From the IMG/VR virus record IMGVR_UViG_3300013126_000011: a DNA stretch of 64,000 bases, one strand, 5' to 3'. Each line of letters starts with the position of its first letter. Position 1 is the first letter of the stretch. The notes under the pieces are model-generated. The model was not told the origin of the DNA. It saw only the letters and a program-made list of their open reading frames with translations, and searched no databases. Origin of the DNA: a virus. Made by a program: the position numbers and the translations under genes. Positions 29,464 to 39,155 of the stretch are shown here, in pieces.

Positions 29464-30288
29464 ATGAATACACCTTCAATCAATTATGCTCAAATAGAAG
29501 CGGTCTTCAAGTATTTTCACGTTTCCGACACAAAGTTGGGTAAAAGAGATACGTTTATTTTTAATCCTCGCGTTCCAAGAACACCATATGTTCATAACAA
29601 CTATCGAATTGAGGATGATTTTACCGAAAGAGTATCTTTGGCTCCTAGAATTGTCGATGCAATGCAGGCTGGTGCTGATGGAAGATACGTTTATGCTGGT
29701 GACTTCAAGATTTTCAATGACGACGATATTAAAGCTATTGATTTGATGAAATATTGGCGAAAATGTCCATTTGCGGTTGGTGGCGTTGAAGATTTCAATA
29801 TGAGAACTTGGCTTGAAGACATTTACAAAGAAAGATTCAACGACGATTCGATTCGAGTGATTATGCGAAATGGTGATGCAGCCGTACATGGAAATGCTGG
29901 TGCAGTTGATACAGCCAACGCAAATCGCTACATTCAAGTTTATAGCGACAAGAAAGATAAGACGCTTCTCAGACTTCCAGTGAAAACTGGATTGATGGGC
30001 TATTTTGGTCCTCGTGACCTTCCAGATGATTTGCAAAAATTATGGTATGCTTGTGTACCAGACGCAGATGAAACGCATGAAAAGTGGTCTACAGACGATG
30101 TGAAGATGGTATTTGTCGGCATGCGCGATTCAGGAACAATTCACCTGTCTGAAACTGCCACAGAAATTTTGATGAAGCTTGGGTATCTCAATAAATCTGG
30201 TAAATTTACCAACTTGGCAGTGCCGACCGTTGGTTCTACAGAGAAGCTATATGAAAGTTGGCGCGATTGGAGCAAACGAGGATGGTAA
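29464..30288 (+). CDS. paralogue A of an ART-like family (putative head cargo enzyme)
   Basis: YFHVS, EDDFTERVSLAP, YVYAGD, WY.CVPDA..THEKWS shared with the 30770 and 31989 proteins. Confidence 0.7.
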   Translation: MNTPSINYAQIEAVFKYFHVSDTKLGKRDTFIFNPRVPRTPYVHNNYRIEDDFTERVSLAPRIVDAMQAGADGRYVYAGDFKIFNDDDIKAIDLMKYWRKCPFAVGGVEDFNMRTWLEDIYKERFNDDSIRVIMRNGDAAVHGNAGAVDTANANRYIQVYSDKKDKTLLRLPVKTGLMGYFGPRDLPDDLQKLWYACVPDADETHEKWSTDDVKMVFVGMRDSGTIHLSETATEILMKLGYLNKSGKFTNLAVPTVGSTEKLYESWRDWSKRGW

Positions 30289-30773
30289 GCGACAATAAAT
30301 TCACACCATTAACAACTGCTCCACCTCCTTTGTTCGTTGGTAAGAAAGAACGTGATTTTGTTGCTCATATTACACTTGAAACAGAAGAAAGAATCATTGG
30401 ACAATCGATCTTGTATTATCCAATCGACATTATGACGACAAACTATCATTCAGTATACGGTGAAGCGATAAAGAAGAACTTTTTACCTCCAATTCAAGTG
30501 TACGTGGCTATTGAATGGGAAGGCTACAAGACGGATACCGAAAAGATGGGAGTTGATCGATATGCTAGCATGAAGGTCCACTTTTTCAAACGAAGATTGA
30601 CAGAAGAAAAGGATCTTGAGGTGCAAACAGGCGATTACGTTTTGTACGGAGAACAATATTACGAAATTGTCGAATTAAATGAGCCAAGAGAACTGTTTGG
30701 TCAAGTTTTTGCCGACAAAGTAGAGATTGAAGCAAAATGCATCAGAGCTAGAGAGGGATTGTTTAAGGGATGA
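30282..30773 (+). CDS. neck/head-closure protein (gp14-like)
   Basis: IGQ.ILYY.ID.....H.VYGEA..K.F.PP; GDYVLYGE.YYEI; ATG 30282. Confidence 0.8.
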   Translation: MVSDNKFTPLTTAPPPLFVGKKERDFVAHITLETEERIIGQSILYYPIDIMTTNYHSVYGEAIKKNFLPPIQVYVAIEWEGYKTDTEKMGVDRYASMKVHFFKRRLTEEKDLEVQTGDYVLYGEQYYEIVELNEPRELFGQVFADKVEIEAKCIRAREGLFKG

Positions 30774-31999
30774 AGTTATATGAAGCTGAAAGAGAATATT
30801 GGGGCAACAAAGCTGCTGGAGTCTTATGCGTAAGCGCTCAATCTGGTAGATTTTTGGTAATGCTTCGTTCTGATGAAGTAAATGAACCTAATACTTGGGG
30901 CGTTCTATCTGGCAAGGTCGACGGCAAAGAATCATTTGAACAAGCAGCTACCAGAGAAGCAAGAGAAGAGACAGGATACACAGGCAAAGTGTCATTGACT
31001 CCAATGTATAAGTTTAAAGACAATGACTTTACGTTTCAGAACTTTTTGGGCATTGTTGACCAAGAGTTTGAACCAAAATTGAATTGGGAATCAGAGGATT
31101 CTCGTTGGCTTACATTACAACAACTAGAAAAACTACCAAGAAAGCACTTTGGATTGACTGCTCTTCTCAAAGACCAAAAGTCATATGATTTGCTCAAGAA
31201 ATATGAGAACAAGACCGCTTCAGAGCTTCAAAAAGGCTGGAAAAGTTATATCGGAGAGGCAAAGCAAACAATTATTCCAGATAGAATAACATTCGAACAA
31301 GCAGAATCAATTTTCAAGTACTTTCATCTTAGCTGGAAAAAATTAGGAGAAGATACGTTTACTTTTAGTGCGAGAATACCAAATGGTCCTGCACCTTGGG
31401 AAGATGATTTTACCAAGCGTGTTTCTTTGGGACCAACAATCAATGACTGCTTGGTTGCTGGTGCTGATGGTCCTTATGTTTACGCAGGAGATCTCAAATT
31501 TACTCCAAAAGATGATATTCCAATTGTTGATGTTGAAGAAACTTGGGACGATTGCCCATATAAGAAGTTTGCAAAGAAAGCTTATCGTGGAATAATGAGT
31601 TCAGCTGAAGCCTTTCAGTGGTTTTTAAAAGAGTTACGCAAAAACGGTGAGACTTTGTACTATTATTCGAGAAACGCTAAAGGATGGAAAAAGGTGCCAG
31701 AAAACGATATTGAGAAACAAAATAGTATCGTATATTATAGTTTGCCAATATCGCTTGAACAGAATGGTCATAATTATTGGGTATTTGGCAACGATCCATC
31801 TATTTCTTTGCCTGAAAAATACCAAAAGGCTTGGTATTCATGTGTACCAGATGCAAAGATTACTCACGAGAAGTGGAGTCCAAAAGACGTTAAATTAATG
31901 TATGTTGGAGCAATGGATAGTCGAAACAAGGATATTATTCTCACCGATCATATGAAGCAGTTCTTGATTAAAGTTGGAGTTGTTTTTAATGAAGAATAA
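30770..31999 (+). CDS. Nudix hydrolase fused to paralogue B of the ART-like family
   Basis: Nudix box G-KVDGK-E-SFEQAAT-REAREETGY; C-terminal half homologous to 29464 and 31989. Confidence 0.8.
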   Translation: MKLYEAEREYWGNKAAGVLCVSAQSGRFLVMLRSDEVNEPNTWGVLSGKVDGKESFEQAATREAREETGYTGKVSLTPMYKFKDNDFTFQNFLGIVDQEFEPKLNWESEDSRWLTLQQLEKLPRKHFGLTALLKDQKSYDLLKKYENKTASELQKGWKSYIGEAKQTIIPDRITFEQAESIFKYFHLSWKKLGEDTFTFSARIPNGPAPWEDDFTKRVSLGPTINDCLVAGADGPYVYAGDLKFTPKDDIPIVDVEETWDDCPYKKFAKKAYRGIMSSAEAFQWFLKELRKNGETLYYYSRNAKGWKKVPENDIEKQNSIVYYSLPISLEQNGHNYWVFGNDPSISLPEKYQKAWYSCVPDAKITHEKWSPKDVKLMYVGAMDSRNKDIILTDHMKQFLIKVGVVFNEE

Positions 32000-32906
32000 T
32001 CACTATTGGATTAAGTGGAGAAGTTTCATCAGCGAATCAAGTGATGTTTTTAAAGACACTCTTCGACAAATTCCAAACAAAAAACGAGAGTCGTCAAATA
32101 AGACTGTTTTGCCAAGAGAAAGGGAGACTTTTATCACTTTTAAAGATGCTGAAAGTATGTTCAGATACTTTCATTTGTCAGCAAAGAAGTTAGGTGATGA
32201 TGCTTTCACCTTTAGCGCTCAAATACCAAGATATCCTGCTCAATGGGAAGATGATTTTACAGAGAGAGTATCTTTAGCCCCAAAAATTGAAGATGCCGTT
32301 AAAGCCGGGGCGAAAGGACCATACGTTTATGCTGGTGATCTGAAAAACACGAAAAAAGACGATATCCCAATTGTTGACGTAGAAAAAACTTGGGATAATT
32401 GTCCATACAAGAAGTACGGAAATAATAGCGCTGCTGAACGCGGCAATTTCTACGATGATCAGGCGCTTGAATGGTTTGTGGATGAAGTTGCTAGACGAGG
32501 TGAACGATTATTCTATTATGGTCCATCTTCACCGTCAACCGATTGGAATGATCGCGATTGGATGGAATATGAACGAGAAAATGATCGTTCTGGTGGCATA
32601 TTGCGTCAAATGATATATGGCAATTTTCCGCTATCCCTAAATAAAATTCCGAAAGATCCAGATGATTACTTTACGCTCCAGATGGCGCCTTCCGAGCTTC
32701 CAAAGGACTACCAAGACGCTTGGTATTCCTGTGTACCAGATGCTAAGATCACACATGAAAAATGGAGTCCTCAAGATACCACATTAATGTATCTTGGTCG
32801 ACTGGTAATGCAAGGATATAATCACATTGGAGAAATTGTAATAACAAGTCACGCGAGACAATATTTAGAGAAGAACGGAATAGATTTTAGCAATTTGGAA
32901 TCATAA
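31989..32906 (+). CDS. paralogue C of the ART-like family
   Basis: YFHLS, WEDDFTERVSLAP, YVYAGDLK, WYSCVPDAKITHEKWSP; ATG 31989 after GGAG. Confidence 0.7.
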   Translation: MKNNHYWIKWRSFISESSDVFKDTLRQIPNKKRESSNKTVLPRERETFITFKDAESMFRYFHLSAKKLGDDAFTFSAQIPRYPAQWEDDFTERVSLAPKIEDAVKAGAKGPYVYAGDLKNTKKDDIPIVDVEKTWDNCPYKKYGNNSAAERGNFYDDQALEWFVDEVARRGERLFYYGPSSPSTDWNDRDWMEYERENDRSGGILRQMIYGNFPLSLNKIPKDPDDYFTLQMAPSELPKDYQDAWYSCVPDAKITHEKWSPQDTTLMYLGRLVMQGYNHIGEIVITSHARQYLEKNGIDFSNLES

Positions 32907-32907
32907 T

Positions 32908-33726
32908 ATGAGAGACATAGAGAGCAGACAAGGTTCATTTCCCTTAAATCCATCGAAATTAGAAGATATTGATGCTTCTGTGTTGGATTGGGTGAAGGAT
33001 AAGAAACTACAGACAACTACAAATGAAGGATTCAGTACTGTTCCCGTACTTTGGGTGTCTGAAGAACGTTCCCATCAAGTAAAGAATCGAAAAGAGTTAA
33101 GAGATAAGTTTGGAACAATGATCCTTCCAGCAATTGCAGTTGAACGAACAGGTTTCGAAAGAGATCTCAAAGATAAAGGCTCATATAGACGTTTTTTGAT
33201 GCCAGAAAAAGGTTATGATCCTAGAGGCGGCATGATTACAGTTGCTCATAGAATCAAGCAAGATAAGACAGCTAATTTTCAGAATGCAGACAGCATGCAG
33301 AATTATAGTCGGCTTAATTTTCCAAGAAAAAAGAACAACAAAGTAGTCTATGAATACATTACAATGCCAATGCCAATTTATGTTGTTGCTCATTACGAGA
33401 TCAACATTGCGACCGAATATCAACAACAGATGAATGATTTAGTTCAGCCGTTCGTTACTGATGGTTATGGCTTTAGTTGGATTAGCCTAGTTCGAAATGG
33501 TCATAGGTATGAAGGTTTCATCGAAGAAGGTTTTGATGCAAAAAATAATGGAGCAAATCTTGGCCAAGATCGAAGAAGATTTGAAACAACAGTCAAGCTA
33601 AAGGTGCTCGGATATGTGATTGGTGCTGGAGAAAACGAAGAAAGACCGATTGTAACCGTAAGAGAAGGTGTTACAGAGGTCAAGATTACCGGAGAACGTA
33701 CAATGCTTAAGAGCGAATTGCAATAA
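32908..33726 (+). CDS. tail completion/terminator protein (gp15-like)
   Basis: EDIDAS..., VPVLW.S.ER, LP.I.VERT, P.P.YV...Y.I.I...YQQQMNDL; between the neck and sheath genes. Confidence 0.75.
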   Translation: MRDIESRQGSFPLNPSKLEDIDASVLDWVKDKKLQTTTNEGFSTVPVLWVSEERSHQVKNRKELRDKFGTMILPAIAVERTGFERDLKDKGSYRRFLMPEKGYDPRGGMITVAHRIKQDKTANFQNADSMQNYSRLNFPRKKNNKVVYEYITMPMPIYVVAHYEINIATEYQQQMNDLVQPFVTDGYGFSWISLVRNGHRYEGFIEEGFDAKNNGANLGQDRRRFETTVKLKVLGYVIGAGENEERPIVTVREGVTEVKITGERTMLKSELQ

Positions 33727-34788
33727 GTGATGCGAAATACGTTTTATCAAAAATTATACGAATCAATGCCAAAGCACGAAGAGGTGCAGATCGGACAAGA
33801 CAATCGTTCCGATATTCGAACGCTAGTAGAATTTTTGAATATGACTATCAATTCTTCAGAACCAGTTTTTGCAAAATTTGAAGCTTTGCCAGGAGTGATT
33901 ACAAATGGTTCTGGAAGCAGTAAGTACGTATATGTCCCAGGTTCTAGAGCGAATCGTGTTCTGTTAATTGCTCATGCGGATACTGTATGGGAAGATGAAG
34001 GAGAAAGAAAGAATCGAGTTTATTACGAAAAAGGCATTTTTAAATCCAACGATCCTCAAGTTGGTTTAGGTGCAGACGACAGAGCCGGTTGTGCAATGGT
34101 ATGGTTGATGCGAAACTCTGGTCATTCTCTGCTTATTACTGGTGGAGAAGAGATTGGTGGAATCGCAAGCAACTTTATTGTCAAATCTCAACCAGATATA
34201 TATGGAGAGATTAATAAAAAGCATGCTTTTGTTGTACAATTAGATCGTCGTAATGCAAAAGATTTTAAGTGTTATGATGTAGGTTCGAAAGACTTTCGAG
34301 CACACATTACTAGTCAATTAAAAGATTATAATGAGCCAGATCGAAGTTCGTTTACCGATATTAGCTTTCTTTGCACTGATATATGTGGAGTCAATCTCTC
34401 TGTAGGTTATTACAACGAACATAGTCCTGAAGAATATCTTGTTGTATCTGAATGGCTGAATACTCTCAATCATATTCGAACTTGGTTGTCTAGAACAGAT
34501 TTGCCAACGTGTATGCAAGATAAGGAACCAGAAAAGGATTATCGAGGTAGCGAAGATCTTCAAAAGTATCGAAGTTGGCAAAAAAATAAAGCAAATACTC
34601 CACTTGATAATCGCGAGAGGCAACAGTTGCAAAATATATACAATACAGCAAAGAACAGAAATGATATCAACGCTTTTAGTGACAGTGAAATTAATAGAAT
34701 TGAAGATTTTGTAAACGACCTATATGATCGTGAATTATCAGAGCAAGATTACGAGATGTTGATGTTTCTGGTTAGTGCTGGTTTCTGA
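33727..34788 (+). CDS. M20/M28/M42-clan zinc metallopeptidase
   Basis: AHADTV, GADDRAG, GEEIGG, QLDRR and YYNEH metal-ligand motifs. Confidence 0.82.
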   Translation: MMRNTFYQKLYESMPKHEEVQIGQDNRSDIRTLVEFLNMTINSSEPVFAKFEALPGVITNGSGSSKYVYVPGSRANRVLLIAHADTVWEDEGERKNRVYYEKGIFKSNDPQVGLGADDRAGCAMVWLMRNSGHSLLITGGEEIGGIASNFIVKSQPDIYGEINKKHAFVVQLDRRNAKDFKCYDVGSKDFRAHITSQLKDYNEPDRSSFTDISFLCTDICGVNLSVGYYNEHSPEEYLVVSEWLNTLNHIRTWLSRTDLPTCMQDKEPEKDYRGSEDLQKYRSWQKNKANTPLDNRERQQLQNIYNTAKNRNDINAFSDSEINRIEDFVNDLYDRELSEQDYEMLMFLVSAGF

Positions 34789-34813
34789 AAGCTCCCTTTG
34801 GCTTAATCGGTCA

Positions 34814-34820
34814 CTATTTA
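34814..34820 (+). promoter_or_regulatory. putative late promoter (CTATTTA)
   Basis: Intergenic, upstream of the sheath gene. Confidence 0.65.
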
Positions 34821-34869
34821 TTCTTGAATCTTGAGAAGTGAATGTTCTCTTAGTGGAGGATCTTGAACA

Positions 34870-37590
34870 ATGAGCGTTTCTAAATACAAATTCGTTAGTC
34901 CTGGCGTGCAAGTTGCTGAAATTGACAACTCGCAGATTCCAAATGAGCCAGTAGGCTATGGTCCAGTAATCATTGGACGTTCCGAGCGTGGTCCTGCTCG
35001 ACCAACAACTGTCAATTCTTTTTCTGACTTCGTTGAAGTCTTTGGGAATCCAATTGCCGGCGGTAAGGGTGGTGATGTGTGGCGCGACGGAAACTATACT
35101 GCTCCAACCTATGCTGCATATGCTGCTCAAGCTTGGCTAAAGAGTGCTTCGCCTGCAACGTTCGTTCGTTTGCTTGGCGAAGAGCATCCTGATGCGACAG
35201 AAGATGGTCTTGCTGGTTGGGAAGCTGATTCTGCTTATGGACTCTTTATTGGCAGCACTGGTTCTGGTGATGATTATGGGAAGGCAGTACTAAGCGCAGT
35301 ATTTTATCTGAATTCTGGTTCTAGTATCGCTCTATTGAGTGGTTCCGCACCAGCTACAGATGCTTTCGTACTTTCAAATGCTGGTAGTTGTGGTTTCCAG
35401 ATTGGTATTGCTGGTCCAAACTCATTTGAGTACACAAGCTCGTTCAACTTTGATAAGAATTCAGAACGTTTTATTCGAAAGGTATTCAACACTAATCCTA
35501 CACTATCGAATACAGAAATTACTCAGACTGATGCAGTTAAGCCTTATTGGTTGGGCGAGACATTTGAGAAGGCACTGTTTGCAAATCTAGATCTTGACAC
35601 CAATAACACTGCTGTTGACAAACAGTTTGCAGTGTTGACAAAGTTTTCTGATGGTGCTAGCTGGAGTGGTGCAAATTATCGTTTCTCGTCGAACCCTGCG
35701 CGTACTGGTTGGATTTTCTCTCAGGATCTAAGTACCAATACTGGTTCTTACGATTCAGAACTTATGACAAAGTTGTTCCGCTTAGTATCTCTAGAGACTG
35801 GTGAGTGGGATCAGAAGAATCTCAAGATTTCGATTTCTGACGTAAAGGCTCCTGTAAGCGATTTCAATACTTACGGCACTTTCACTGTAGAGATTCGAAA
35901 GGCAAACGATTCTGATAGCAAACCACAAGTTGTTGAACGTTTTACTGGATGCACACTAGATCCAGCTTCAGAAGATTATGTGGCTCGCAAGATTGGTGAT
36001 ATGTACCAAGTTTGGGATTACACTGACAATCGTTATCGTTGGTACGGAAACTATACGAATAAGTCAAAGTTTGTTCGTGTCGAAATGAATCCCGACGTAG
36101 AAGCTGGTACTACAGATACACAACTTCTACCTTTCGGTTTCTATGGACCAGACGTACCAATTGCAACTTCTTTCACAAGCGGTTCTGCAATTACTGGCAG
36201 CAAGTTCATTGAAAACGTGGATATCGTCGGCGCTCCGGCTGATATGTACTGCACTTTCGAATATCCAACACTAAGTCTTCGCGAATATTCGACTCTTGGT
36301 GAGCTAAGTTCTCCAAAGCGTGCATATTGGGGCGTTACAACCGGTCGTGTTACAAACTATGTTCGTTTCGATGAATCATATGCTGATATGGTTCGCGTTC
36401 GAACGTTCGATGTTGCCGATATGGTTCCATCGTTTACGTTCACGCTAGATGATATTTGCTGGACAGGCAGAAATAACGTAAATGCAATGTACAGTGGTAG
36501 CTCTCGTGTTGCTGGAACTTCGATTACAGCAGTTGGTGGCTCTTACAAGAGCGTATTAAGCGCTGAGTTCAATAAGTTTACTCTACCAATGTTCGGTGGA
36601 TTCGATGGATTAGATATCACCGAGAAAGAACCTTTCCGCAATGAGCTTTTAGAAGGAAAGAGTGAAACAGACAGTTACGCTTACAACACAATCAAACGCG
36701 CAATCAATACTGTTTCAGATCCAGAGACAGTAGAATACAACTTAATGGCCATTCCAGGCGTATACAACTCTGGATTGGTTGCTCATGCTATTGGTGTGTG
36801 CGAGAATCGTGCTGATGCTCTTTATATCGCTGATGTTGATAGTGGTTATCGAGCAAATACAGAAAATACTGATGATTTCGAGCTTCGTCAGGGAACAGTC
36901 GCTAGTGCTGTAGATTACGTAAAAGATACTTTACAGTTGAATACCAGCTATGGTTGCTGCTACTATCCTTGGCTGCAAACCAAAGATACTATCACAAATA
37001 GTCTAGTTTGGATGCCACCTTCTGTTCTAGCGCTTGGAACATTTGCTTCAAGCGAAAAGAAGACAGAAATTTGGTTTGCTCCTGCCGGTTTTAATCGTGG
37101 TGGTCTAAATGCTGGTGCTGGTGGTCTGCCAGTTGTGAATATTGCTGATCGTCTAAACAAAGATGATCGCGATAAGCTATACGAGGCAAACATCAACCCA
37201 ATTGGTATTTTCCCGGCAGAAGGTATCATGATTCTTGGACAGAAAACATTGCAAGTAACTCGTTCTGCAACAGATCGAATCAATGTACGTCGATTGATGC
37301 TATATGTCAAGAAAGAAATTTCAAAGATGGCTTCAACGGTACTGTTCGATCCAAACGTTAAGGTGACTTGGAATCGCTTTGTTGGTCAAGCCGAGCCGTT
37401 CTTGAACAGCGTTCGAAGCCGTTACGGATTGAGCGGTTACACGCTGATTCTTGATGAAACTACTACGACACCTGATTTGGTTGATCGCAATATTGTATAC
37501 GCAAAGATAATCTTGATTCCAACCAAGACTATTGAGCATATCGCAATCGACTTTGTTATTTCGAATACTGGCGCTTCTTTCCAAGACTAA
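34870..37590 (+). CDS. tail sheath protein (gp18-like)
   Basis: FVSPGVQVAEIDNS, WFAPAGFNRG, RDKLY...INPI, GQKTLQ, DRINVRRL. Confidence 0.96.
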   Translation: MSVSKYKFVSPGVQVAEIDNSQIPNEPVGYGPVIIGRSERGPARPTTVNSFSDFVEVFGNPIAGGKGGDVWRDGNYTAPTYAAYAAQAWLKSASPATFVRLLGEEHPDATEDGLAGWEADSAYGLFIGSTGSGDDYGKAVLSAVFYLNSGSSIALLSGSAPATDAFVLSNAGSCGFQIGIAGPNSFEYTSSFNFDKNSERFIRKVFNTNPTLSNTEITQTDAVKPYWLGETFEKALFANLDLDTNNTAVDKQFAVLTKFSDGASWSGANYRFSSNPARTGWIFSQDLSTNTGSYDSELMTKLFRLVSLETGEWDQKNLKISISDVKAPVSDFNTYGTFTVEIRKANDSDSKPQVVERFTGCTLDPASEDYVARKIGDMYQVWDYTDNRYRWYGNYTNKSKFVRVEMNPDVEAGTTDTQLLPFGFYGPDVPIATSFTSGSAITGSKFIENVDIVGAPADMYCTFEYPTLSLREYSTLGELSSPKRAYWGVTTGRVTNYVRFDESYADMVRVRTFDVADMVPSFTFTLDDICWTGRNNVNAMYSGSSRVAGTSITAVGGSYKSVLSAEFNKFTLPMFGGFDGLDITEKEPFRNELLEGKSETDSYAYNTIKRAINTVSDPETVEYNLMAIPGVYNSGLVAHAIGVCENRADALYIADVDSGYRANTENTDDFELRQGTVASAVDYVKDTLQLNTSYGCCYYPWLQTKDTITNSLVWMPPSVLALGTFASSEKKTEIWFAPAGFNRGGLNAGAGGLPVVNIADRLNKDDRDKLYEANINPIGIFPAEGIMILGQKTLQVTRSATDRINVRRLMLYVKKEISKMASTVLFDPNVKVTWNRFVGQAEPFLNSVRSRYGLSGYTLILDETTTTPDLVDRNIVYAKIILIPTKTIEHIAIDFVISNTGASFQD

Positions 37591-37593
37591 GTT

Positions 37594-37600
37594 CTAGTTA
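37594..37600 (+). promoter_or_regulatory. putative late promoter (CTAGTTA)
   Basis: Intergenic, upstream of the tube gene. Confidence 0.45.
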
Positions 37601-37642
37601 AGATGAAGCAAGTGATGAATAAGAAACTGGAGGAACTATAAT

Positions 37643-38209
37643 ATGGCTTTTTGGGATGATGTAACAGGAAAAGATCCGAAACGTGCGTTTAGATGGGTCT
37701 TGGAAGTAAGCGATATTCCCGCTTGGTTCTTGTCGAAGGTGACAAAACCGAGTTTTACGATTTCCGATGTAGGACACAAATACCTCAATCACACATACTA
37801 CTTTCCAGGCAAAGTTGAGTGGGACAAAGTAAGCTGCACGCTAGTAGATCCTGCCGATCCTGATGCTGCTGGTATCGTAATGGGTATTATCTCTGCTTCT
37901 GGATATCAGCCACCTAAAGATAAGGATTCGCTGAAGACTGTTGAAAAGCGTGGTGCAACAGGCGCTCTTGGCCAAGTAAAGATCAAGCAGATTGATGGCG
38001 ATGGCGATGATATTGAAGTTTGGGAATTGCATGGCGCTTGGATTTCAAGTGCAAAGTTTGGTGAACTATCTTATGAAGAAGATGGTTTAACAAATATTGA
38101 AATCGAACTTCGATACGATTATGCATATGTTACCGTAAATCAAAACGTCACAATTCATGGCGGTTCAATTTCAGTTGTAGATGCCAAGACCTTCCCTCTA
38201 GGAAAGTAA
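37643..38209 (+). CDS. tail tube protein (gp19-like)
   Basis: DPKRAFRW, Y.PGK..W, E.W.L.GAW.....FGEL.Y, LRYDYA; follows the sheath gene. Confidence 0.9.
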   Translation: MAFWDDVTGKDPKRAFRWVLEVSDIPAWFLSKVTKPSFTISDVGHKYLNHTYYFPGKVEWDKVSCTLVDPADPDAAGIVMGIISASGYQPPKDKDSLKTVEKRGATGALGQVKIKQIDGDGDDIEVWELHGAWISSAKFGELSYEEDGLTNIEIELRYDYAYVTVNQNVTIHGGSISVVDAKTFPLGK

Positions 38210-38237
38210 TCATATAATTCTCATTTCGAGGTAAATA

Positions 38238-39155
38238 ATGTCACGAAATTCTGATCGTCTTTTGTCTGGTGTTCCCGTTCAGACAGCAGGGGCAAATGTA
38301 TCTGGCGCTGAAGTCACTCAACATGTTGAATATATTCGACAAACAATTGCTGTAGACTTGCCATCAGAGGGCAAGTTTTATCCAGAGGGTCATCCTCTTC
38401 ATATGCGAGAATATGTCGAGCTAAAGGAAATGACAGCCAAGGAAGAAGACATTCTTATGTCTCGTTCTCTTATTCAAAAGGGACTAGTGCTTGATAAGCT
38501 TCTAGATAGTCTTTTGATTACCAGAGTGGAGCCAAATACGTTGCTTTCTGGTGATAAGAACGCTCTTTTGATTGCCACTCGTATTGCCGCTTATGGAGCA
38601 GACTATAAAGTACAAGACGTAACTTGTCAGTATTGTTTGCAGGCAGTCAAAGAGCATACATTCGATCTCGGTAAGCTTAAGAAAACAACACTAACCGATG
38701 TTCTTAACTCTCTAAAGCCATTTGAACCAACAGAAGAGAATCCAGAGCCAGGAATCAATCCTCTGACAGATAGCGTAAAGTTTGAAGATAATCTGTTCTA
38801 TATTACTGTTCCAAAGACAAAGCATGTATTTGGTTGCAAGCTTCTTGACGGAAACGACGAAGAACGAATTACAAGAACATTAGAAGCTCGCAAGAAGAAC
38901 AATCTAGGTGAAACCAACCTGATTGAGAACATGCGCGCATTTGTTGTGTCGCTTGACGGAGAAACAGATAGAGCCAAAATCAATGCTTTCTTGGTTAGTG
39001 AATATTTCCCATCCTCAGATTCTCTTTTCCTTCGCAGTACATATGGCAAATTGATTCCTAACGTGGATCTACGTCAGAATTATGTTTGTTCAAACTGTGG
39101 ATTCGAGAAGGAGGTAGCGGTCCCAATGACTGCGGGCTTTTTTTGGCCTAACTAA
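38238..39155 (+). CDS. tail/baseplate-hub assembly chaperone (gp26-like)
   Basis: VDLPSEG.FY, MTAKEEDIL, GD.NALL...RI..YG..Y, CxxC...CxxC, terminal FFWP. Confidence 0.82.
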   Translation: MSRNSDRLLSGVPVQTAGANVSGAEVTQHVEYIRQTIAVDLPSEGKFYPEGHPLHMREYVELKEMTAKEEDILMSRSLIQKGLVLDKLLDSLLITRVEPNTLLSGDKNALLIATRIAAYGADYKVQDVTCQYCLQAVKEHTFDLGKLKKTTLTDVLNSLKPFEPTEENPEPGINPLTDSVKFEDNLFYITVPKTKHVFGCKLLDGNDEERITRTLEARKKNNLGETNLIENMRAFVVSLDGETDRAKINAFLVSEYFPSSDSLFLRSTYGKLIPNVDLRQNYVCSNCGFEKEVAVPMTAGFFWPN

